The notes below the pieces were generated by a model. The model did not search any database. It was not told the DNA's origin and saw only the letters and a list, made by a program, of their open reading frames with translations. The translations under genes were made by a program, and so were the position numbers. A stretch of 16,000 bases of DNA from Nitrospirillum amazonense (lineage in GTDB: Bacteria; Pseudomonadota; Alphaproteobacteria; Azospirillales; Azospirillaceae). Location of the stretch: NCBI RefSeq assembly GCF_007828035.1, contig NZ_VITV01000002.1, positions 659,591 to 675,590 on the forward strand. Reading direction: 5' to 3'. This document shows positions 7,733 to 14,923 of this stretch, in pieces (the first letter of the stretch is position 1; each line of letters starts with the position of its first letter).

Positions 7733-8197
7733 ATGGAACAGGCGATCGTCACCGTTCAGAACCTCGCCGGCTTGGCGCAAAGCGCCCAGGCGGGCCTGCC
7801 GCTGGGCAAGGACGCCCTGCTGTTCGGCGAGGACGGCACGGTGCGGCTCAACCGCGACCGTTCGCCCTCACGCCACCATTTCTACCTGGACGGCCTGCTG
7901 TTCCACGTCTCGATCACGCCGCAGGATGAAAGCACCCTGTTCCAGATTTGGGCCGAGGTCGGCTTCCTGCCCTACACCATCGAGGCACCGGAGAAGCGCG
8001 CCAAGCTTCAGTCCATCCTGCGCGCCACGGCCAGCCTGCGCACCGCCCGCTTCATCGTCGATGAACAGCAGAAGGTGCTGGTGCTGAGCCAGCAGGACGT
8101 GCCGGGCCATGTCAGCCTGACCGACCTGATGTATGAAACGGTGCAGTTCATCCAGGAGGCGCGGCCCTACCTGCGCATCTTCGGCAGCTATCTGTGA
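7733..8197 (+). CDS. hypothetical protein with YbjN / type III secretion chaperone-like sequence pattern
   Basis: 154 aa with strong host-like GC3 bias; GAGAGGG about 10 nt upstream of the ATG. The layout LLFGEDGTVRL ... LFQIWAEVGFLP ... KLQSILRA ... ARFIVDEQQKVLVLSQQ ... LTDLMYETVQFIQEA parallels YbjN/CesT-type small alpha-beta proteins. This is by-eye similarity only. Confidence 0.6.
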   Translation: MEQAIVTVQNLAGLAQSAQAGLPLGKDALLFGEDGTVRLNRDRSPSRHHFYLDGLLFHVSITPQDESTLFQIWAEVGFLPYTIEAPEKRAKLQSILRATASLRTARFIVDEQQKVLVLSQQDVPGHVSLTDLMYETVQFIQEARPYLRIFGSYL

Positions 8198-8233
8198 ATA
8201 AGAATAGGCGCCCGTACCTGACCGGAGTGCGCC

Positions 8234-8542
8234 ATGCTTGAGATCATGCTGGGCGGCTTTATGCTCATCGCAATGGTCTTAATCGTGCTGGAATATTCCC
8301 TGCTTTTCATAGCTTTTCGTGTGCTGAAAAACGGTGCCGCACGAGTGGTGGCTCTCGGTCTATCCTTCGCTGCCGCATTAGGCGCCTACCACTTTATCGG
8401 CACCCTCACAGATTGGTTTACCAGTCACGAAGGCCGATTGCTCTACGCCATTCCAGCGGTCGGACCGGCTATCGGACTGGTCTTTCTTCTGGTCCGGTTC
8501 ACCAAAAAACTCGATGCCATGGACGAACAGAATTCACAATAA
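8234..8542 (+). CDS. small 3-TM membrane protein, compositionally atypical (low GC)
   Basis: 102 aa; GGAG 6 nt before ATG 8234. Three hydrophobic helices (GGFMLIAMVLIVLEYSLLFIAF; VVALGLSFAAALGAYHFIG; LLYAIPAVGPAIGLVFLLVRF). Codons such as tta, ata, cta, gca, ttt and aaa are rare in the neighbouring genes. Confidence 0.5.
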   Translation: MLEIMLGGFMLIAMVLIVLEYSLLFIAFRVLKNGAARVVALGLSFAAALGAYHFIGTLTDWFTSHEGRLLYAIPAVGPAIGLVFLLVRFTKKLDAMDEQNSQ

Positions 8543-8639
8543 TTCCGCCTACCACAGCAGCTCGTAGCATCCAAAAATCAACCGCCGCCGGCTGGTCGCT
8601 TGGGGCTGAATAAACCAACCCCAGGACCTTTCGAAACCA

Positions 8640-9668
8640 TCAATGATGCCCGCCGGCGCCCGCCTGCCCCCCGCCCGCCTGGCCGGTCGTGGTCGGCAGG
8701 ATGAAGATCTGGCCGGGGTAGATCAGGTTGGGGTCGCGGATCTGGTCCTGGTTGGCGTCGAAGATGGTGGTGTACTGGATGCCCTCGCCATAGAGGTGGC
8801 GGGCCAGGGTCCACAGATTGTTGCCGGCCACCACCACCACGGCGCGGCTGTCGCTGTCGGCGATGGGCTGGCGCTCGAACGTCACCTCGGCGCGGGCCGC
8901 CACCTTGCCATCGGCCCCCACCTGGTCGACGCGCAGGGTGTAGCGGCCGGGGTCGATCAGGCGTTCCGGGGTGATGGTCCAGCGGCCCTGCAGGTCGGCC
9001 GTGGCGTGGCCCACCAGCGTGTTGTCCAGGTACAGCTGCACCTCCGCCTTGGCCGGGGCGTCGCCACCCACGGTGACGGCGCCGGCGCGGTTGTAGTCGA
9101 TGGTGTCGATGGCGACGGCCAGCGACTTGTCGGACTTGACCGGGCTTTGCAGCACGCGGCTGCCGCCCTGGCGCGGGGTGACGACGGCCAGGGCCCCGCC
9201 GGTCTCGTTCTGCTTGCGGCCGGCGATGTCGCGCTTGGCGTCCGGCACCACCAGGGTCACCGTCTCATCTGCCGCGACCTCGGTGCCCTCCGCCGTCTTC
9301 ATCTTCAGGGACAGGGTGCGAGAACCGGGGGTCAGCGCCTGGGTGGGGGTCAGGACCCATTCGCCGCGCTTGTCGGCGGTGACCGTGCCCAATTCCTTGT
9401 CACCGTCGGAAATGGTAACCGCGGCGCCCGGCATGGCGCGGCCGGCGATGACCGCAGTGCCGTCGGGGCTGACGCGCACCACATCGAAGGTGGGAACCGC
9501 GCTGGGGCCGGACGGGGCCTCGGCCACGGCCGGGGCGGCGGTTTGCGTCGTGCCGGCGGTGCGATCGGCCTGCATGTGGGACAAGCCCCAGACCAGCAGC
9601 GCCAGCGCGCCCACGCCGACAACGGCGGCAATGACCTTGTTCTGCGTCACAGTCGGTTCCTTTGTCAT
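8640..9668 (-). CDS. membrane-anchored LysM peptidoglycan-binding protein with Ig-like/beta-rich middle region
   Basis: 342 aa. N-terminal TM anchor (VIAAVVGVGALALLVWGL). The middle has two similar beta-rich segments (..VSPDGTAVIAGRAMPGAAVTISDGDKELGTVTADKRGEWVL.. and ..GGDAPAKAEVQLYLDNTLVGHATADLQGRWTI..). The C-terminal LysM motif is GNNLWTLARHLYGEGIQYTTIFDANQDQIRDPNLIYPGQIFILP, followed by a Gly/Gln/Ala tail. Confidence 0.85.
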   Translation of the reverse strand: MTKEPTVTQNKVIAAVVGVGALALLVWGLSHMQADRTAGTTQTAAPAVAEAPSGPSAVPTFDVVRVSPDGTAVIAGRAMPGAAVTISDGDKELGTVTADKRGEWVLTPTQALTPGSRTLSLKMKTAEGTEVAADETVTLVVPDAKRDIAGRKQNETGGALAVVTPRQGGSRVLQSPVKSDKSLAVAIDTIDYNRAGAVTVGGDAPAKAEVQLYLDNTLVGHATADLQGRWTITPERLIDPGRYTLRVDQVGADGKVAARAEVTFERQPIADSDSRAVVVVAGNNLWTLARHLYGEGIQYTTIFDANQDQIRDPNLIYPGQIFILPTTTGQAGGGQAGAGGHH

Positions 9669-9716
9669 TATCCCGGCGGCTGACCCCCGGCCGCCGGTTC
9701 ATGAGCCCCCCAAGCA

Positions 9717-9752
9717 ATCCTGGATGGGATCCTGGATGCGATCCCGGGTGCC
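9717..9752. repeat. three tandem copies of a 12-nt unit (ATCCTGGATGgg / ATCCTGGATGcg / ATCCCGGGTGcc)
   Basis: Read directly: 10-mer cores at 9717..9726 and 9729..9738 are identical, and the third at 9741..9750 matches 8/10. It lies in the 137-bp non-coding gap between the cytochrome b561 stop (9806) and the LysM gene start (9668). Confidence 0.8.
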
Positions 9753-9805
9753 GTTCCGGAATAGCCCGGTGGCGCCCGCGCGATCAAGCCTGGAAGATCG
9801 CCGCG

Positions 9806-10495
9806 TCAGGCGAAAACGACCAAACCCGCCACCAGTCCCGCCGCGACGGCGGCCAGCAGGCCGGCCCGCCACAGCGGCACCCAGCCGTGGCCCACGCCCG
9901 CCTCCCCCTCGCCGGGCAGGAAGGTAAGGCGTTTCCACCCCGTGACCATGGGGCGCACCAGGTTCTCGCGCTTGACCACCAGATAGAACAGCACCGCCGC
10001 CACGTGGACGGCGACCACGATCTGGATCAGGCTGAAGTTGGCATGGTGCAGCCGCCGCGCCAGCTTGGCGGCTGAGGCGCCGACGCGATGGGCCAGCGGT
10101 CCCTCCTCCATCCCGTCGTCGTCCACGGCGAACAGGCCGGTGCCCACCTGGGCCAACAGCACCAGCAGCAGGACGACCACGGCCCAGCCGCCCAGCGCGT
10201 TGTGCCCCCGCTGCGGCGGCAGCGGGCCGGGGCTCGCCATGTGCCGCAGGTGGCTCAGCACCGCCGCCGGCCCCTTCAGGAAACGGGCGAAGCGCGCCTG
10301 GTCGCTGCCCATCACCCCCCAGAACAGGCGGAACAGCAGCAGGGCCAGGGCGGCGTAGCCCAGCTTGAAATGCAGGGCGAGGTTGTCATGGGCGGCCGTC
10401 CACCACAGGCCGGCCAGATCGGCGACCAGCAGCCAATGGAACAGCCGGATGGGCAGGTCCCATACCGGGACGCCGCCCTTGCCCGCGGGCGTCAT
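9806..10495 (-). CDS. cytochrome b561-family membrane protein (Ni/Fe-hydrogenase b-type cytochrome subunit-like)
   Basis: 229 aa. N-terminal VWDLPIRLFHWLLV motif with conserved His residues and four hydrophobic helices. Starts 7 nt after the cytochrome c' stop, implying an operon. Confidence 0.85.
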   Translation of the reverse strand: MTPAGKGGVPVWDLPIRLFHWLLVADLAGLWWTAAHDNLALHFKLGYAALALLLFRLFWGVMGSDQARFARFLKGPAAVLSHLRHMASPGPLPPQRGHNALGGWAVVVLLLVLLAQVGTGLFAVDDDGMEEGPLAHRVGASAAKLARRLHHANFSLIQIVVAVHVAAVLFYLVVKRENLVRPMVTGWKRLTFLPGEGEAGVGHGWVPLWRAGLLAAVAAGLVAGLVVFA

Positions 10496-10502
10496 GCCCG
10501 GC

Positions 10503-11006
10503 TTACTTCTTCTGCCGGTAGGTTTCGTGGCATTGCTTGCAGGTGCCGCCCACGGCCTGCACCGCCTGGCCGATGGCGGCCTTGTCGGCGGTGGCCGGCA
10601 GGGCCAGGATCTTGTCCAGCGCCTGGGCCAGGTCGGTGAAGCCCTGGCGGAACTTGGCGTTCTCCTGCCAGATCACGGGCAGGGCCTCGCTGTCGCCCAC
10701 GCCCACGTCCGTACCCTCGGTGAACTGGTCGGGCAGGCCCTTGGTCACGGCCTCCATGGCGGCGGCGGCGGCGGCGACGTCCTGGGCGGTGCCCTTGTCG
10801 TCCTTCAGGTAGCCCATGAAGACCTTCATGCCGCCGCCCAGCTTCTTCATGTCCTGCTGGCGGGCCTTGACGATTTCGGCCGGGTCCAGCGCGGCGTGGG
10901 CGACGCTGCCCCCCAGCAGGGCGGCGGCCAGGGCCAGGCCGGCGGCGACCCGCGCAGCGGAACCGGTGCGAAAGGCTTGCGGGACATCACGAAAAGCACG
11001 CGGCAT
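10503..11006 (-). CDS. cycP: cytochrome c' (class II c-type cytochrome)
   Basis: 167 aa. Signal peptide ending ..GGSVAHA|A. Helical mature protein with a single heme motif near the C-terminus (GGTCKQCHETYRQKK), which is diagnostic of class II cytochromes c. AGGAG SD 6 nt before ATG 11006. Confidence 0.9.
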   Translation of the reverse strand: MPRAFRDVPQAFRTGSAARVAAGLALAAALLGGSVAHAALDPAEIVKARQQDMKKLGGGMKVFMGYLKDDKGTAQDVAAAAAAMEAVTKGLPDQFTEGTDVGVGDSEALPVIWQENAKFRQGFTDLAQALDKILALPATADKAAIGQAVQAVGGTCKQCHETYRQKK

Positions 11007-11249
11007 TCTTCTCTCCTGCCCTGATTGTAACCACTTATCTCTATGGCCTTGCCCGCCACCCGTCCGGGTCGCCTAATGCCATCCGCCGCCTTGCACGGCC
11101 TGCCGGATGGCTTGCAGTCGGCCCGCAAGGATGGTGTAACGGGCCGTCACCCGTCCGGCAAGCCCCGCTGGCGGTCAGCGGACGGCGGCATCCCGGGCGG
11201 GGATAAGGGGATTACAGCCCATCCCGCCCGTTCCATAAGGATGAGAGGA

Positions 11250-11834
11250 ATGTCCAAGGTGCGTAGCGTCTGTGTCTATTGCGGGTCCTCGGGCCAGGTG
11301 TCGGAGGAATACAAGAAGGCCGCCCACGACCTGGGCACCCTGATCGGCAACGCCGGCCTGCGGCTGGTCTATGGCGGCGGCCGCGTGGGCCTGATGGGCA
11401 TCACCGCCGACGCCGCCCTGGCGGCGGGCGGCGAGGTGGTGGGCATCATCCCCGACCACATCCAGGTGCGCGAGGTCGACCACGGCGGCCTGACCGAACT
11501 GCACGTCGTGGACAGCATGCACACGCGCAAGCGCATGATGGTGGAGAAGTCCGACGCCTTCGTCGTCATGCCCGGTGGCCTGGGCACTCTGGACGAAGCG
11601 TTCGAGATCATCACCTGGCGCCAGCTGGGCCTGCACGACAAGCCGGTGGTCATCGCCAACATCGGCGGTTACTGGGATCCGCTGCGCGACCTGCTGACCC
11701 ACATCCGCGCCACCGGTTTCGGCCGGGGCGAAATCGAGAGCTATTTCACCTTCGTCGACAGCGTCCACGCCATCCTGCCGGCCCTGCGCCGCGCGCCGGA
11801 CGCCCAGCAGAAGATCGCGGTGGAACGGCTGTAG
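11250..11834 (+). CDS. LOG-family protein (TIGR00730-type nucleotide 5'-monophosphate phosphoribohydrolase/nucleosidase)
   Basis: 194 aa from ATG 11250 (AAGGA 8 nt upstream). Motifs VCVYCGSS, VYGGGRVGLMG and PGGLGTLDEAFE (the PGGxGTxxE LOG signature). The ORF track extension back to 11043 is not LOG-like. Confidence 0.9.
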   Translation: MSKVRSVCVYCGSSGQVSEEYKKAAHDLGTLIGNAGLRLVYGGGRVGLMGITADAALAAGGEVVGIIPDHIQVREVDHGGLTELHVVDSMHTRKRMMVEKSDAFVVMPGGLGTLDEAFEIITWRQLGLHDKPVVIANIGGYWDPLRDLLTHIRATGFGRGEIESYFTFVDSVHAILPALRRAPDAQQKIAVERL

Positions 11835-12077
11835 CCGGTTTCAAGGGCACGCGGCCCCGGTTTCATCGGGGGGACACCGTTGCGGGGACCGCACGCCGGT
11901 TCCCCGCCCCGCTTGCTTGATCGCCGGGCCCGAATGGGCTCTTATACCGGCCGTCCGATATACTGGTCGCCCAATCGCGGTCGTTTCTTACCCGGGAAAC
12001 GGCTCTGGCATATCGAGGCGCGCTCAAACGCGGCGCCGGCTGTCATAAAAATTACCTATACGCAGAAGGCATTGAGA

Positions 12078-13301
12078 ATGCAGAAGATCAAGGTTGCCAA
12101 TCCCGTCGTCGAGCTTGATGGCGATGAGATGACCCGCATCATTTGGCAGTTCATCAAAGACAAGCTGATCCTGCCCTACCTCGACATCGACCTGAAGTAC
12201 TTCGACCTGGGCATCGAGCATCGCGACGCCACCAACGACCAGGTGACCGTGGACGCGGCCGAGGCCATCAAGAAGTACGGCGTGGGCGTGAAGTGCGCGA
12301 CCATCACCCCGGACGAGGCCCGCGTGGCCGAGTTCAGCCTGAAGAAGATGTGGAAGTCGCCCAACGGCACCATCCGCAACATCCTGGGCGGCACCGTCTT
12401 CCGTGAGCCCATCATCTGCAAGAACGTGCCGCGCTTGGTGCCGGGCTGGACCAAGCCCATCGTCATCGGCCGTCACGCCTTCGGCGACCAGTACCGCGCC
12501 ACCGACTTCAAGGTGCCCGGCGCCGGCAAGCTGACCATGACCTTCACCCCCGACGACGGCGGCGAGGCCATCACCTACGACGTGTTCAAGTTCCCCGAGG
12601 CCGGCGTGGCCATGGGCATGTACAACCTGGACGAATCGATCGCCGGCTTCGCCCGCGCCTGCTTCAACTACGGCCTGCAGCGCGGCTATCCGGTGTACCT
12701 GTCCACGAAGAACACCATCCTCAAGGCCTATGACGGCCGCTTCAAGGACATCTTCCAGGAAATCTTCGACGCCGAGTTCGCCGAGCGGTTCAAGGCCAAG
12801 GGCATCGTCTACGAGCACCGCCTGATCGACGACATGGTCGCCTCCGCCCTGAAGTGGGACGGCGCCTTCGTCTGGGCCTGCAAGAACTACGACGGCGACG
12901 TGCAGTCCGACACCGTGGCCCAGGGCTTCGGCTCGCTGGGCCTGATGACCTCGGTACTGCTGACCCCCGACGGCAAGACCGTAGAGGCCGAGGCCGCCCA
13001 CGGCACGGTGACCCGCCACTATCGTGAGCACCAGAAGGGCCGCCCCACCTCCACCAACCCCATCGCCTCCATCTTCGCGTGGACGCAGGGCCTGGCCTAT
13101 CGTGGCCAGTTCGACGGTACGCCGGAGGTCACCAACTTCGCCAAGACGCTGGAGAAGGTGTGCGTGGAGACGGTCGAGTCCGGCTTCATGACCAAGGACC
13201 TGGCCATCCTGATCGGCCCGGACCAGCCCTGGCTGACCACCCAGGACTTCCTGGCCAAGCTGGACGAGAACCTGCGCAAGGCCATGGGCTTCGACGCCTG
13301 A
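12078..13301 (+). CDS. icd: NADP-dependent isocitrate dehydrogenase, homodimeric eukaryote-like (type II) form
   Basis: 407 aa from ATG 12078 (GAAGG 8 nt upstream): [23 protein letters not shown]..., [59 protein letters not shown]. These are hallmarks of the ~405-aa NADP-IDH family. Confidence 0.95.
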   Translation: MQKIKVANPVVELDGDEMTRIIWQFIKDKLILPYLDIDLKYFDLGIEHRDATNDQVTVDAAEAIKKYGVGVKCATITPDEARVAEFSLKKMWKSPNGTIRNILGGTVFREPIICKNVPRLVPGWTKPIVIGRHAFGDQYRATDFKVPGAGKLTMTFTPDDGGEAITYDVFKFPEAGVAMGMYNLDESIAGFARACFNYGLQRGYPVYLSTKNTILKAYDGRFKDIFQEIFDAEFAERFKAKGIVYEHRLIDDMVASALKWDGAFVWACKNYDGDVQSDTVAQGFGSLGLMTSVLLTPDGKTVEAEAAHGTVTRHYREHQKGRPTSTNPIASIFAWTQGLAYRGQFDGTPEVTNFAKTLEKVCVETVESGFMTKDLAILIGPDQPWLTTQDFLAKLDENLRKAMGFDA

Positions 13302-13330
13302 GGCCTCTCAACGGTTCCGATGTGACAGAA

Positions 13331-13367
13331 ACGCCGGGCGGCACACCACCGCCCGGCGTTTTCTTTT
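13331..13367 (+). terminator. rho-independent terminator after icd
   Basis: Stem ACGCCGGGCGG (13331..13341) pairs with CCGCCCGGCGT (13349..13359) across a 7-nt loop, followed by TTTCTTTT. It lies 30 nt after the icd stop, between convergent genes. Confidence 0.75.
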
Positions 13368-13386
13368 GGCTGGCGTATTCGTCGAC

Positions 13387-13803
13387 TCAGCCGGCCTTGA
13401 GCACCTGGGCCACTTGGTCCGGCATGGCGGCGATGACCTTCAAGTAGGACAGGGTCGGGCCGTCAGGTCGAGCGCGTCCCTGTTCCCAATCTCGTAGGGT
13501 ACCTACGGGGATGCCGTAGCGATTGGCGAACTTGTCCTGGGACAGGCCGGTCGCCTTGCGGATGCGCGCGACTTGGCCGGCGACAAGGCCGCGAGAGAAT
13601 TCCTCGTCCGTCATGGGCACGGCATCGGGGTCCGCCTCGGCCGCCGCCGTCACCTCGTCATCGCTCAGACCGTCCAAAGCCTGAAAGTCCGGTTGGGGAA
13701 GCGTATAGGGTTCCGTACGTCCATCGGGGAAGACGCGCACGAAGGAGCCATCCGCCAAGCGCTTAAAGGAGATGGGCATGGTATCGCCTGGTTTCCCGGT
13801 CAT
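13387..13803 (-). CDS. XRE-family HTH antitoxin (YiaG/COG2944-like), partner of the BrnT-type toxin
   Basis: 138 aa. The C-terminal HTH ARIRKATGLSQDKFANRYGIPVGTLRDWEQGRARPDGPTLSYLKVIA fits the ..G.SQ..FA...G....T...WEQG...P.G.....L..I pattern. The N-terminal ~70 aa are acidic and low-complexity. GAGGAAGG SD lies before ATG 13803; the alternative ATG is 13779. It overlaps the toxin gene 3' end by 41 nt (17 nt with the alternative start). Confidence 0.75.
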   Translation of the reverse strand: MTGKPGDTMPISFKRLADGSFVRVFPDGRTEPYTLPQPDFQALDGLSDDEVTAAAEADPDAVPMTDEEFSRGLVAGQVARIRKATGLSQDKFANRYGIPVGTLRDWEQGRARPDGPTLSYLKVIAAMPDQVAQVLKAG

Positions 13804-14038
13804 TCGCCTTCCTCACACTGATGAAGCGGTAGACGCCATCGCGCTCAGTGAAAACCGCTACCCAAACCCGCCCCGCGACTTGACCATGGCATTGGACGCG
13901 CACCTCGCCATATAGGGCCCTGGTATCAACAACATCCAACCGGCGCTCGTCCAGAACCACCAAGGCACCGAAGGCCAGGGGAACACGGTGTTTCAGTTGA
14001 TTGGCCGCATCCTTGGCCGGGTCGATCTCAAAGTTCAT
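13763..14038 (-). CDS. brnT: BrnT-family (DUF497) ribonuclease toxin
   Basis: 91 aa from ATG 14038 (the ORF track starts one codon earlier at TTG 14041). FEIDPAKDAANQLKHRVPL ... VWVAVFTERDGVYRFISVRKANDRETRRY matches the DUF497 pattern (FEWD..K...N..KHG+.F......+.VV+T.R....R+ISAR.A...E...Y). Confidence 0.8.
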   Translation of the reverse strand: MNFEIDPAKDAANQLKHRVPLAFGALVVLDERRLDVVDTRALYGEVRVQCHGQVAGRVWVAVFTERDGVYRFISVRKANDRETRRYHAHLL

Positions 14039-14135
14039 CAACGAACCCAGCCATAAGTCGCGGGTATCATATCAATGTGCGGATATCCCGTATAGCGATT
14101 AAGCCGCCATCACCGCATGATCGGCTGACCGGGCC

Positions 14136-14169
14136 CCAAAAGCAAAACCCCCGCCGTCGCCGGCGGGGG
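14136..14169 (-). terminator. rho-independent terminator after gcrA
   Basis: On the minus strand: CCCCCGCCG-GCGA-CGGCGGGGG (9-bp GC stem, 4-nt loop; 14169..14148) followed by TTTTGCTTTTGG (14147..14136). It lies 31 nt after the gcrA stop. Confidence 0.75.
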
Positions 14170-14199
14170 TTCGCTTGATTCCGTGTGAGGACCAGTGTC

Positions 14200-14580
14200 T
14201 CAGGCCATGACCAGCTTGCGCTCGTCATCCCGCTTCTTGGCGGGCTGGTAGGCCATCTGCGCGTGTTCGCGGCAATAGGGCATGCCGGGCAGCGAGGGGC
14301 AGCCGCAGAAATGGAAATCGGCGTGCTTGGGATCGCCCACCGGCCATTTGCACATGCGCTCGTTCAGCGACAGGATGGTGGCGCCGCGCGTGGGCTTCTT
14401 CTTGATGGGCGACGGCCGGCCCGAGAGGCCCAGCCGGTGCGCCTTGCCGATCACCGCATTGCGGGTCACGTTGCCCAGCAGGTCGGCGATCTCGCTGGCG
14501 CTCATGCCCTGGCCCCACAGCTGGCGCAGGCGCTCGATACGCTCGTCAGTCCAACTCATCGACGCTTTTTCTTCTTCCAT
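14200..14580 (-). CDS. gcrA: GcrA cell-cycle master regulator
   Basis: MSWTDERIERLRQLWGQGMSASEIADLLGNVTRNAVIGKAHRLGLSGR is near-identical in pattern to the Caulobacter GcrA N-terminal DNA-binding domain. The C-terminal conserved KWPVGDP...FHFCG....G.PYC..H block is present. The ATG at 14580 has GAGGG 5 nt upstream, while ATG 14559 gives the canonical MSWTDE start; the true start is unresolved. Confidence 0.88.
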   Translation of the reverse strand: MEEEKASMSWTDERIERLRQLWGQGMSASEIADLLGNVTRNAVIGKAHRLGLSGRPSPIKKKPTRGATILSLNERMCKWPVGDPKHADFHFCGCPSLPGMPYCREHAQMAYQPAKKRDDERKLVMA

Positions 14581-14660
14581 CGAAGCCCTCGCTCCTTAGC
14601 CCCCGAGATCGGCGGGCGCGCAAAAACATGCCGTCACCGCCGAGCGTCCCGCTCCAGCAG

Positions 14661-14701
14661 TCGATACCGGGAAATTTCCCATCAACAAGATTTGGTATCG
14701 A
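14661..14701. promoter_or_regulatory. nested inverted repeat: 8-bp arms TCGATACC/GGTATCGA enclosing the perfect 12-bp palindrome GGGAAATTTCCC
   Basis: Read directly: TCGATACC at 14661..14668, GGGAAATTTCCC at 14669..14680, GGTATCGA at 14694..14701. It lies 81-121 nt upstream of the gcrA ATG at 14580. Function unknown (operator or leader RNA structure). Confidence 0.4.
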
Positions 14702-14743
14702 GATGCGTGTGACACTACCAAACTTGCCAAAGCCTGAACAGGT

Positions 14744-14783
14744 GATTCCGACTCGTTTTTTGACCGCGGATACAGAATCCACA
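14744..14783. promoter_or_regulatory. cluster of three GANTC (CcrM-type methylation) sites, the last overlapping a DnaA-box-like 9-mer
   Basis: GATTC at 14744..14748, GACTC at 14750..14754, GAATC at 14775..14779. GAATCCACA at 14775..14783 matches the DnaA box TTATCCACA at 7/9 positions. Located 165-200 nt upstream of gcrA. Confidence 0.4.
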
Positions 14784-14889
14784 TCGAAGATCCGCAGGCA
14801 ACCTGGGGAAACCCGCTGCCCCTCCCCTTAGTGGGTATATCCCAGGAACAGCCACTATTCCTAGCGGGCCCACTCTCGTTCATCCCCTA

Positions 14890-14904
14890 TTAAAGGGGAG
14901 TTAA
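14890..14904. promoter_or_regulatory. CtrA-box-like TTAA-N7-TTAA
   Basis: TTAA AGGGGAG TTAA read directly (consensus TTAA-N7-TTAAC; here followed by G). It is about 310 nt upstream of the gcrA start, so its functional assignment is uncertain. Confidence 0.3.
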
Positions 14905-14923
14905 GAGGGAACGGGCGCCCTCC

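Noticed and set aside
8643-9683. 346-aa plus-strand ORF opposite the LysM protein gene
   Set aside because: It is an antisense shadow ORF with a low-complexity product. The minus-strand frame carries a clear TM anchor and a LysM motif.
11111-11129. CTTGC-N9-GCAAG inverted repeat considered as an FNR/NnrR box for cycP
   Set aside because: The half-site spacing is wrong: TTGC-N9-GCAA versus TTG-N8-CAA in a 14-bp box. Its position relative to either start codon does not fit a class II site.
11880-12077. TTG-initiated 66-codon N-terminal extension of icd
   Set aside because: The extension is not IDH-like, and the region is AT-richer without coding bias. Homologous IDHs begin at MQKIKV..., which here has its own SD.
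12024-13031. 335-aa minus-strand ORF inside icd
   Set aside because: It is antisense to a near-textbook NADP-IDH sequence and has no motifs of its own.
14546-14883. 78-aa and 95-aa minus-strand ORFs, and a 67-aa plus-strand ORF, in the gcrA upstream gap
   Set aside because: They have no coding-type GC3 bias, no SD, overlapping frames and low-complexity products. The region is better explained as regulatory or leader DNA.
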